Part shown: positions 9,044 through 16,742 of the stretch, piece by piece
How positions within the stretch are numbered: position 1 is the first letter of the stretch
Layout of the letters: each line of letters starts with the position of its first letter
DNA from: Anaerolineales bacterium
GTDB lineage: Bacteria; Chloroflexota; Anaerolineae; Anaerolineales; Villigracilaceae
Length of the DNA stretch: 64,000 bases
NCBI GenBank assembly: GCA_030018695.1
Contig: JASEHI010000004.1
Span: 774 to 64,773 of the forward strand
Direction: 5' to 3'
Made by a program: the position numbers and the translations under genes
The notes under the pieces: generated by a model
Seen by the model: only the letters and a program-made list of their open reading frames with translations
What the model was told of the DNA's origin: nothing
Databases searched by the model: none

Positions 9044-9904
9044 GTTGCAGTCGGTGGGGTGGTCTCCCACCCCACCGCTGCTACAGAACCGTGCATGAGA
9101 CTTTCGACCTCACACGGCTCCTGAGCATACGGGCCGTTGTCATCGGTACCATAACAACGAACCTTACCATTGTTGTGGCTTGACACCTGAACTGGTTGGA
9201 TGGCAGAGATTTGGTTATCCTCTGCGGTCTTCAGTACGTCAAAGACGCCTGCCATAAGACCCTTCACCTTCCAGTGCCTGTGTCTTCCCGTATACCCGCC
9301 CCACGTCAGCCTATCTCTGGCATTACCCAGAGCCTTAGCTTGTTTCGACAGGCTCAACACAAGTCTTGGGGCATCCCACCTGCCTATGGCTTACGGTTGG
9401 TTACCTGCTCCGCCAAAAGTGCAGGCGAAGAGCCACAGGAGGTTACTCCGTTCCGAGTGTCCATTGTTTCGTGACTTTAGGATGGCACTTCGCTTTGCGT
9501 GCCTTCGGCAACGCCGGTATCCTTTCGAGTGGTTACCATGCACCGATGTACTGCATGGCCTGGATACAGTCCCTTTTGGGTCTTGCCTGTCAGCCAAGTT
9601 TGGCAAGTTCTGCACACTTGCACCTGCGGCAAGTGCAGGTGTGACGACGCTTCAACCACACCTTCACTCATCGTTATCCATAGCCACTTGCTTGGGGCGA
9701 TGGCGACTTTTGGCTAGTCGCTTATCCCCTTTCCTTCCCGCTTCTGACCCGCGTTTACCAGGCGCACGCCAGGGGAGGGTGCTTTCACTCCACCACTTGG
9801 AGGGTAAGAGTTTCACTTACATGAACACTCAGTTGTCAAGGTTCGATGACCTTGCCGCTCAGCCCTCGTACCTTACGGTACAATTTCGAGCGAACGGGTC
9901 GCAC
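9044..9904 (-). mobile_element. Group II intron RNA, ORF-less (no maturase/RT), inserted in an attC-like site
   Basis: The 5' end is GTGCGACCC. Domain V at 9120-9086 reads GAGCCGTGTGAGGTCGAAAGTCTCATGCACGGTTC, with the AGC triad, a 2-nt bulge and a GAAA-type loop. Domain VI at 9081-9047 has a bulged A 7 nt from the 3' end (...CTGCAAC). No RT motifs appear in any frame. Confidence 0.8.
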
Positions 9905-10028
9905 ACAAGCGCGTGCAGCCGACGTTGCTACCGCGCCGCCCCAGCGAAGGCTCTGGTTATTCGGGCGAGTCTTGCCCGCGTAGGTGTCTCTAACACCCGC
10001 AACGCGGCTGACGCGCAGGTCGTTAGGC
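9905..10028 (+). other. attC-like recombination site 0. Its first 5 nt (GTCTA, 9039-9043) are separated from the rest by the intron.
   Basis: Reconstituted R'' is GTCTA|AC and R' is GTTAGGC (10022-10028). The stem GCGCGT(G)CAGCCG / CGGCTGACGCGC is 12 bp with one extrahelical G. Total length is 129 nt. Confidence 0.55.
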
Positions 10029-10049
10029 AGCAAGAGAAGGAGCAATCAT

Positions 10050-10739
10050 ATGGTGGAAGAAGATCCTATATTTCGCAAGCACGATCGATACAAGGCGAGT
10101 AGCTACAGCAGCTACAACTTCAAGATGCCGTCGCGTTACGACACCTGCTTCTGGCTTTGGTTCTGCCAGGCCGCGCTCTGGGATCGGACGCTAGTCGATG
10201 AGTTGCGGCCGACCATCAGCTCGCTTCGCATCCTCGACGTCGGTTGCGCCACAGGCCGGCTCCTGGAAGCACTCGCCGAAGCTGGAGCGTCTGAACTCTT
10301 TGGTACTGACCTAGCGCCCCGGATTCTTGAGGTAGCGCGGGAGAAGCTCTCCGAGACCGAGGCCAAGGTAGAACTCCAGACCGCCGATGCCGAGGATTCT
10401 CTGCCTTGGCCCTCGGAGTTCTTCGATGCCGTCACCCTCACGGGAGTGCTCCACCACTTCTTCCGCCCGCGAGACGCTCTCTCGGAAATCCGCCGGGTAC
10501 TGCGTCCAAGTGGCCGACTCCTCATCACCGATCCCTGCTTCTTCCCTCCGATCCGTCAAGTGCTCAACCTGGCTCTTCGCGTCGCGCCGCACGACGGTGA
10601 TTATCGGTTCTATTCACAGAGAGGTGCCGTTGAGCTCTTGGAGCGCACAAATTTTCATTGTTTGGGAGCCAGACGCGTAGGCTTGTGGGGATACCTCATC
10701 ACAGCCGCAAAGCCAGACGCGTCCAGGGACACTGCCTAA
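10050..10739 (+). CDS. Class I SAM-dependent methyltransferase (Methyltransf_11/25 type), cassette-borne
   Basis: ILDVGCATGRLLEALAE (motif I) and VLRPSGRLLITD. AAGGAG lies 7 nt before the ATG at 10050. The ORF-track start at 9984 would read through the R' box. The TAA stop lies inside GCCTAAC. Confidence 0.8.
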   Translation: MVEEDPIFRKHDRYKASSYSSYNFKMPSRYDTCFWLWFCQAALWDRTLVDELRPTISSLRILDVGCATGRLLEALAEAGASELFGTDLAPRILEVAREKLSETEAKVELQTADAEDSLPWPSEFFDAVTLTGVLHHFFRPRDALSEIRRVLRPSGRLLITDPCFFPPIRQVLNLALRVAPHDGDYRFYSQRGAVELLERTNFHCLGARRVGLWGYLITAAKPDASRDTA

Positions 10740-10860
10740 CAACTCGCTGCACCTGACGGGGCTACAGCTGCGCGATTCAAGCATTCTGAGGCAGCATAGG
10801 TGGCTTCGGCGGCCGCGAGTCTTGCCAGCGCCGCCCCGCAGCTTAGCCGGAGCGTTAGGC
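10734..10860 (+). other. attC-like recombination site 1
   Basis: R'' GCCTAAC (10734-10740) and R' GTTAGGC (10854-10860), 127 nt in total. Inner pairing CGGGGC/GCCCCG and GGCGGC/GCCGCC. It shares GAGTCTTGCC with site 0. Confidence 0.55.
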
Positions 10861-10885
10861 ACCTGGTCTAGGAAAACCATACATT

Positions 10886-11749
10886 ATGAAAGCGTATGAA
10901 TACATCACAGCAAAGCAAATACAATGGGCGTTAAATCGTGGTATTCCGCTTGTCGGTAGTAAAGGTGATAAAGGTCGCCCCGCATATACTCCTGAACTCA
11001 ATCAAAATCTATTTGAACCTTTGAGTTTAGATACCCGCAAAAGTTTTGAACAAGGTGACGGGGGCGAAATCAGTGGAAATCCAGCCAAAATGCAGGCGGT
11101 ACATTCATCATCCGCTTTAGGCGTCAATGTTTTTCAATATTGGCAAAATATTGGGCAAGTGTCCGCTATTGCGTCTGCTTGTGGTTTTTGTCGAAAAGGA
11201 AATATTGTCTCCGAAAAAATTGTGTTTGAAGATAAATATCCAGTGGACGACAATTTAGATAAATTTCCTAAAGCCCCGAACATTGATGTTGTTTTCCACA
11301 ACACCGACTCGGCTCAATTCAAAAGATTTGCCGTCGAGTGTAAATTTTCAGAAGCATACGGCTTGCAAAAACATACCGGCTTGAAGCCCGCATATCTTGA
11401 GTTAATTCATTTGTGGTCAGACATTCCAAGTTTGTATGAATTCGCAAAAACTATCTGCCCAAATGAGAACTTTACCTATTTTCATTCTGCTCAATTAATC
11501 AAACACATTCTTGGTCTTAAGAGAAGTTTTGGCAGGAGTGGTTTTAGGCTTCTCTATCTTTGGTATGATGTTTTAGGCAAAGAAGGGGCTATTCACCAAG
11601 ACGAGGTTAATGAGTTTTCTGGTGTTGCAAAGGCTGATGGAATTCACTTTAACGCCATGTCATATCAAAAGTTAATTCTTGTGGCATCCAGAGAGTACAG
11701 GCAAGAACACACTACATACATCAAGTATTTGAGCGAGCGATATTTGTAA
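10886..11749 (+). CDS. Uncharacterised PD-(D/E)xK-type nuclease-fold protein, AT-rich cassette gene
   Basis: PNIDVVFHN...KRFAVECKFSE matches a D...ExK core. The segment is visibly more AT-rich than all its flanks. The ATG lies 25 nt after the R' box. Confidence 0.55.
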   Translation: MKAYEYITAKQIQWALNRGIPLVGSKGDKGRPAYTPELNQNLFEPLSLDTRKSFEQGDGGEISGNPAKMQAVHSSSALGVNVFQYWQNIGQVSAIASACGFCRKGNIVSEKIVFEDKYPVDDNLDKFPKAPNIDVVFHNTDSAQFKRFAVECKFSEAYGLQKHTGLKPAYLELIHLWSDIPSLYEFAKTICPNENFTYFHSAQLIKHILGLKRSFGRSGFRLLYLWYDVLGKEGAIHQDEVNEFSGVAKADGIHFNAMSYQKLILVASREYRQEHTTYIKYLSERYL

Positions 11750-12017
11750 TTCACAAGGTTGTTGTAAAATTGGGCAAGGCACTTTTAATAGCCAGCGAGT
11801 CTTCAAGTTCTGCCGTGCCTAACACAGCGTGGGTGTGTCCTGAAAGTCATCGTCTGCTTGCTGGCCGCGAAGCGAGTCCAGTCCTGATTTCGACAGGCTC
11901 AATCCAAGGGTAACGGTCAGGCGGCCAGGTTTCGACAAGGTCTCGACAAGCTCGACCCGGCGGCTCAACCTACCAGGTAGCAGGCCCTTCGGCAATGCAG
12001 CCGGGTGACTGGGTTTC

Positions 12018-12066
12018 GACACCGTTCGTGCCGCGAACAACGGCGGCACGCCGGTGCGAGACGGCA
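12018..12066. repeat. REP-like hairpin repeat (family A), copy a
   Basis: GACACCGTTCGTGCCGCGAACAACGGCGGCACGCCGGTGCGAGACGGCA, with the stem CACCG..CGTGCCGC / GCGGCACG.CGGTG. Confidence 0.8.
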
Positions 12067-12181
12067 AGCTCAACCTGCCAGCTATGTCGAAGCGTTGCCG
12101 AAGGTCCCTGAGAAAGGGAAGCAAAGCAGCAGCCCGTAACACACAGTGCTGTGCATAAAGTGAACCCTTCGACAGGGTTTC

Positions 12182-12251
12182 GACACCGTTCGTCCACAGG
12201 ATCGCTTCACTGATGCCGCGAACAACGGCGGCACGCCGGTGCGAGACGGCA
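12182..12251. repeat. REP-like hairpin repeat (family A), copy b, carrying a 21-bp internal insertion
   Basis: Same core as copy a, interrupted at 12194-12214. Confidence 0.75.
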
Positions 12252-12373
12252 GGCTCAACCCGGCGGCTCAGGGCAAGTCTTGCAGCACCGACATGTTAGC
12301 CCCTTAAGGGGAGCAAGAGAGAGCCGAGCCTGCGACGGTTTTTTTTATTTTCCGGGGTGTTTTTTCTTTTTTA

Positions 12374-12604
12374 GTGGAAGAATTGCGGGCAACAATAAAA
12401 GCCTCCGCTCCTGACGCAGAAGAAATAATTAGTTATCAAATGCCTACTTTCGCTCTGAAAGGTAATATAGTCCATTTTGCTGCCTGGAAAAAGCATATTG
12501 GGTTTTATCCAACGTCAAGCCAAGCAATAGATTCGGCAAGTTGGGAAGAGCTTTGTGTGCTAAAATCCGGTTATGAAAGTTCGCGCCGTTATCAAACTCA
12601 TTGA
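12374..12604 (+). pseudogene. DUF1801 (YdhG-like) domain fragment
   Basis: EELRATIKASAPDAEEIISYQMPTFALKGNIVHFAAWKKHIGFYP. The N-terminal part is missing and the C-terminus diverges where hicA begins. Confidence 0.5.
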
Positions 12605-12668
12605 AGTAGATGGCTGGTATCTGGTTGTGACAAAAGGTAGCCATGTATCGCTTTCTTATCGTTATTGA
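12573..12668 (+). pseudogene. hicA: Truncated hicA toxin (31 codons)
   Basis: My translation is MKVRAVIKLIEVDGWYLVVTKGSHVSLSYRY*. Homology stops right after the conserved GSH, at the point where the hicB ATG (12643) begins. Confidence 0.6.
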
Positions 12669-12858
12669 AAAAGCAAATGGCAATTACTCGGCATATTGCC
12701 CTGACTTACCTGGCTGTGTTGCCACCGGCAAGACACGCGAAGAAACAGAGCGCAATATGCACGAAGCCGTAGAAATGCACGTACAAGGCATGATTGAAGA
12801 TAAAATGCCCATCCCCGAAAGCGTCACGCTTGCGGAATATATCGCCGTAGCAGTGTAA
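12643..12858 (+). CDS. hicB: HicB-family antitoxin
   Basis: YRFLIVIEKANGNYSAYCPDLPGCVATGKTREETERNMHEAVEMHV. Confidence 0.8.
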   Translation: MYRFLIVIEKANGNYSAYCPDLPGCVATGKTREETERNMHEAVEMHVQGMIEDKMPIPESVTLAEYIAVAV

Positions 12859-13132
12859 TCAACCAGTCTGAGTGTCTGGTCAGATATAAGCAGGTTAACA
12901 AAGCGTCTACCAGGCGGAGCTAATTCCCCGCGAAAACTGGCGTTGAGCGACAAAAATTTGGGGTTTAAAGAGCCACTTTTTGCGCCATTCAAGCAGATTT
13001 AGTCCAAAATTGTCTGGATGTCCAATACGTTTTTCGACCTGTCTCATGCAAAACTGTGCAAAGCGCCCCTTTTACGGCCCGAAAAAGCCGTTGGACGCAA
13101 ACCCCTTCGGGAAGGTAGCGGAAAATAAGTGA

Positions 13133-15466
13133 TTACTTGATCGCTGGCACAGGCGCCTTTGAACGCCGGATCGCCCAGGTGACGCCGACGAGTAAAATGA
13201 TAGCGATTAAGAAGGCTCCGACACTGACGCCTCCGCTGGTCGCGCTGTACTTGACGATGATCGGGGCAGCCAGCAGGCTGACCAGGTTGACAACCTTGAT
13301 CATCGGATTCAAAGCTGGCCCAGCGGTATCCTTCAGCGGGTCGCCAACTGTATCGCCAACCACGCCCGCCTTATGCCTTTCGGAACCCTTGCCGGTATTC
13401 TTTTCCAGATCGCGGGGTTCGTCCTCGATGGATTTCTTGGCGTTATCCCAGGCGCCGCCCGCATTTGACATGAAGACCGCCAGCATTTGGCCGCTGAGAA
13501 TGACACCCGCCAGGAAGCCGCCCAGGGCTTCGACCTGCAGGATCAACCCAACCGCGATCGGCATTAGCACCGAGATGGTTGCCAGGGGGATCAATTCCTT
13601 TTGCGCCGAGGCGGTGGAAATGTCAACCACGCGCGCATAATCAGGTTTAACTTTACCTTCCATCAAGCCAGGGATCTTGAACTGGCGGCGCACTTCTTCC
13701 ACAACCTTGCTGGCCGCACGGCTTACGGCGCGGATTGCCAGCGAACTGAACAGCCAGGGTAATGCCCCGCCCAGTAAGAAGCCGACGAAAACCCTGGTGT
13801 CAGAAATGCGAATATCCTTGATCAACTGGACCCCCTGCTGTCCCGCGTCGATCAATTGCTGCTGGACAATGCCGATATCGGTAATATAGGAGGCGAAAAG
13901 GCTGACCGCGGCAATGACTGCCGAGGCAATCGCGATGCCCTTGGTGATGGCCTTCGTTGTGTTGCCCACTGCATCCAGATCAGCCATAATCTGCCGCGCC
14001 TTCATTGTCTCTTCGTCCTTCATACCCTGCCAGGCCATCTCGCCAATACCGTTGGCATTGTCCGATATCGGCCCGTAGGAGTCCATGGCTACATTGTTGC
14101 CGGTGTGGCTCAACATGCCGATGCCGATCATGGCGACGGCGTACAAGACGTAAGTTGAATGGGTCTCACCGCCATAGAGCAGCAAGGCAGCGATGAAGCT
14201 GATCACGATCACCACCAAAGCCCACACGCTTGACTCCATGCCGACGGAAAGACCCGAAAGGATCGTCGTCGCCGGACCGGTTTTGGTCGCCTCCACGATT
14301 TCCTTGACTGGCGCTTTTTTCGTGGATGTAAAATAGGATGTCAGCGGGTTGAACGCCACCGCCAAACCAACGCCGATCGCAGTCAACATCGCCAGCCGCC
14401 AGTCTTGGGCATAGAAAATAGCCAGCAGGAAGGACCACAGCACGGTGTTGATGCTGGAAACTTCGTAAGAACGGAACATGGCTTCTTCAGCATCGTGGGC
14501 GCGCAAGAACTTGATCGGGAATTTCACCCACATCGGGACGGTGAAAGTACCGATGATGGAAGAAATCACGCCAATGGCGCGGATGATGAGCGGAAAGACG
14601 ATCCACTTCAGGCTGTGGGTCGGGTCAATTGCCATGAGCGCCAGGCCGAGCAGCAAGCTGGAAACAATGGTGACCTCGTAGCTCTCGAAGATGTCAGCCG
14701 CCATGCCGGCGCAGTCACCCACGTTGTCGCCGACCAGGTCGGCAATGACAGCCGCATTGCGCGGGTCATCTTCGGGGATGTCTTTCTCGACCTTGCCCAC
14801 CAGGTCCGCGCCGACATCCGCGGCCTTGGTGAAAATACCACCTCCCACGCGCATGAACAATGCCAGGAGCGTGCCACCGAAACCGAAGCCGAGCAGAGCG
14901 TCGGGAGAGGCCTTGCCGAAAACGATGAAAATAAGCGTGCCGCCAAAGAGTCCCAGGCCGTCTACCAACATTCCGGTGACCGTTCCGGAGTAATACGCAA
15001 TGGAGAGTGATTCGTTGAAACTGCGCCGGGCTGCAGAAGCCGCGCGGACATTGGCCTGGATCGCCATGCGCATGCCCAACTGACCCACGAGCAGTGAAAA
15101 TAGCGCCCCCATGATAAAGGCTATCGTCCGCCCGATGGCGACGATAATCTGGGCATTCTTGCCGAATTCTTCTGCGGCTTCGCGGGTTGGGGGTACGATG
15201 TAAACGCTCAGGAAAAGCACCACTGTCAGCGCGCCGATGACCGGCAGGATGGTGCGCAATTGGCGGTTCAGATAACTATCTGCACCGATGCGGATCGCAT
15301 TCCACACCTCTTGCATTTTTTGGGTGCCTTTGTCCTTTTTAAGGACAATACCGCGTAATAACCAGGCATAAAGCAAGCTGGCAAACGCAGTCAGCACCAC
15401 TCCCACAATTGCTATCTGCTCGAACGAATTTAAACCATGTCGGCTGCCAAGCCAAAGCAAGTCCAT
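13133..15466 (-). CDS. hppA: Membrane-bound proton-translocating pyrophosphatase
   Basis: GGIFTKAADVGADLVGKVE, DNVGDCAGMAADIFESY and GDTVGDPLKDTAGPALN. The start at MDLLWL is preceded by AGGAGG. Confidence 0.9.
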   Translation of the reverse strand: MDLLWLGSRHGLNSFEQIAIVGVVLTAFASLLYAWLLRGIVLKKDKGTQKMQEVWNAIRIGADSYLNRQLRTILPVIGALTVVLFLSVYIVPPTREAAEEFGKNAQIIVAIGRTIAFIMGALFSLLVGQLGMRMAIQANVRAASAARRSFNESLSIAYYSGTVTGMLVDGLGLFGGTLIFIVFGKASPDALLGFGFGGTLLALFMRVGGGIFTKAADVGADLVGKVEKDIPEDDPRNAAVIADLVGDNVGDCAGMAADIFESYEVTIVSSLLLGLALMAIDPTHSLKWIVFPLIIRAIGVISSIIGTFTVPMWVKFPIKFLRAHDAEEAMFRSYEVSSINTVLWSFLLAIFYAQDWRLAMLTAIGVGLAVAFNPLTSYFTSTKKAPVKEIVEATKTGPATTILSGLSVGMESSVWALVVIVISFIAALLLYGGETHSTYVLYAVAMIGIGMLSHTGNNVAMDSYGPISDNANGIGEMAWQGMKDEETMKARQIMADLDAVGNTTKAITKGIAIASAVIAAVSLFASYITDIGIVQQQLIDAGQQGVQLIKDIRISDTRVFVGFLLGGALPWLFSSLAIRAVSRAASKVVEEVRRQFKIPGLMEGKVKPDYARVVDISTASAQKELIPLATISVLMPIAVGLILQVEALGGFLAGVILSGQMLAVFMSNAGGAWDNAKKSIEDEPRDLEKNTGKGSERHKAGVVGDTVGDPLKDTAGPALNPMIKVVNLVSLLAAPIIVKYSATSGGVSVGAFLIAIILLVGVTWAIRRSKAPVPAIK

Positions 15467-15740
15467 AAATCCTCCTGTGTAATATGGTTTTTTATTAACA
15501 AAACGACCCATACGCCAAGGCATGTGGGTCGCCTCGCTGTAATTTTACCTAACACAAGATGAAAAGTCAAACATGGTTTTCTGGGAAAGATTAGGATTCG
15601 ATTAGAATCTTACAAACCGCTTGACTTTCACTCTCGAACTATTGTATAGTTTTAGGCAGTTGGATATTGTCCTTACCCGGCACCGCTGCCTCAGGCTGCT
15701 GTGCCGTTTCTTTCGTCATACCATCCTTGAAGGAGATCGA

Positions 15741-16736
15741 ATGATACGTGCTGATGGACTCACCAAAGACTATGGCGCGCGGCGGGCTATCGAAAACCTG
15801 ACCTTCGAAGCCCGCCAGGGCGAGGTGGTCGGATTCCTTGGCCCGAACGGAGCCGGCAAAACCACCACGATGCGCATCCTGACCGGTTACTTGCCTCCCA
15901 CCTACGGGGCGGCGAAAGTAGCCGGCTTTGACATTATCTCTGAATCGCTGGAAGTTCGCCGTCGCGTGGGTTATTTGCCCGAAACGGTGCCGCTCTATCC
16001 CGACATGGTCGTCTTCGACTATTTAAAATTCATGGCTGACCTGCGCCACCTGCCAAATGCCGAAGATATGGTTTTCGAAGCCCTCGAAATGGTCGGCATG
16101 GAGGAGCGCGCCGAAGGTTACATCAGCGCCCTCTCGAAAGGCATGCGCCAGCGGATCGGCCTGGCCCAGGCGCTGCTGCACAAGCCCGAAGTGCTGATCC
16201 TGGACGAACCCACCATCGGCCTGGACCCGGCCCAAGTGGTGGAAGTGCGTAATCTCATCCGCGATATTGGAAAAGAACGCACAGTTTTGCTATCCACACA
16301 TATTCTTTCTGAAGCGCAATCGCTTTGCGACCGCGTCCTTATCATCAACAAAGGACATATTGTGGCCGAGGATTCGCCTGAGAATTTGCAGGCCCGGCTG
16401 GTCGGCGCGGAGCGTTCCATTCTGCGCGTCAAGGGGGATGCGGACGAACTCGCGCCCAAGATCGCCGCGATTGCCGGCGTACAGAACGTCAAAACACAAG
16501 TGGATGGCGCGCTGGAATTTCAATTCGCTCCGGGCGTGGATATCCGCCCCGAGGTCGCAAGAATTACCGTCAATGCAGGTTACGATCTTCTCGAACTGCG
16601 TCCGGTGGGGATGAGTCTGGAAGAAATATTCCTCGAACTGACCCGCGACACCGTGACACCGTTCGTGCCGCGAACACCGGCGGCACGCCGGTGCGAGACG
16701 GCAACGAATGCTTCGCGCCCTAAGAAAGAAAGGTAG
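15741..16736 (+). CDS. ABC transporter ATP-binding protein (ABC-2 / GldA-like); the 3' end runs into a REP-like repeat
   Basis: GPNGAGKTTT, LSKGMRQR and VLILDEPT. The start at MIRADGL follows GAAGGAG. The last roughly 28 codons are encoded by repeat copy c. Confidence 0.85.
   Translation: MIRADGLTKDYGARRAIENLTFEARQGEVVGFLGPNGAGKTTTMRILTGYLPPTYGAAKVAGFDIISESLEVRRRVGYLPETVPLYPDMVVFDYLKFMADLRHLPNAEDMVFEALEMVGMEERAEGYISALSKGMRQRIGLAQALLHKPEVLILDEPTIGLDPAQVVEVRNLIRDIGKERTVLLSTHILSEAQSLCDRVLIINKGHIVAEDSPENLQARLVGAERSILRVKGDADELAPKIAAIAGVQNVKTQVDGALEFQFAPGVDIRPEVARITVNAGYDLLELRPVGMSLEEIFLELTRDTVTPFVPRTPAARRCETATNASRPKKER
16655..16703. repeat. REP-like hairpin repeat (family A), copy c, inside the 3' end of the ABC ATPase ORF
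   Basis: GACACCGTTCGTGCCGCGAACACCGGCGGCACGCCGGTGCGAGACGGCA. Confidence 0.8.
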
Positions 16737-16742
16737 GCCAAG

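Larger units (their letters stand above)
11817..12301 (+). other. Composite or degenerate attC-like region swollen by REP-like repeats
   Basis: R'' GCCTAAC (11817-11823), a second R''-like CCGTAACACACAG (12134), and R' GTTAGCC (12295-12301). The stem GTGCTG/CAGCAC lies near the ends. The interior is filled by hairpin repeats. Confidence 0.35.

Noticed and set aside
9984-10049. N-terminal extension of the cassette methyltransferase as given in the ORF track
   Set aside because: The extension reads through the GTTAGGC R' box. A strong AAGGAG SD precedes the internal ATG at 10050.
8812-10102. ORF-track entries across this region (8812..9360 -, 9200..10102 +, 9366..9644 +, 9477..9671 - and others) considered as protein genes
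   Set aside because: They tile a structured group II intron RNA and an attC-like site and overlap each other in several frames. They show no protein motifs and contain repeat-derived strings (LSLSKQ, HLHLPQVQV).
10050-11749. The methyltransferase plus PD-(D/E)xK pair as a restriction-modification system
   Set aside because: The methyltransferase has only small-molecule-type class I motifs (no DPPY/NPPY or TRD). The two genes are separated by an attC-like site and differ sharply in base composition.
11819-12197. ORFs 11819..12142 (-) and 11970..12197 (-)
   Set aside because: They are built entirely from REP-like hairpin repeats and FDRLN/LSLSK-type repeat cores. The peptide strings recur wherever the repeats occur.
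12893-12948. A fourth attC site after hicB (GGTTAAC ... GTTGAGC, 56 nt)
   Set aside because: The end boxes fit loosely, and I could not find convincing internal L'/L'' pairing. It is mentioned only as a possible array end.
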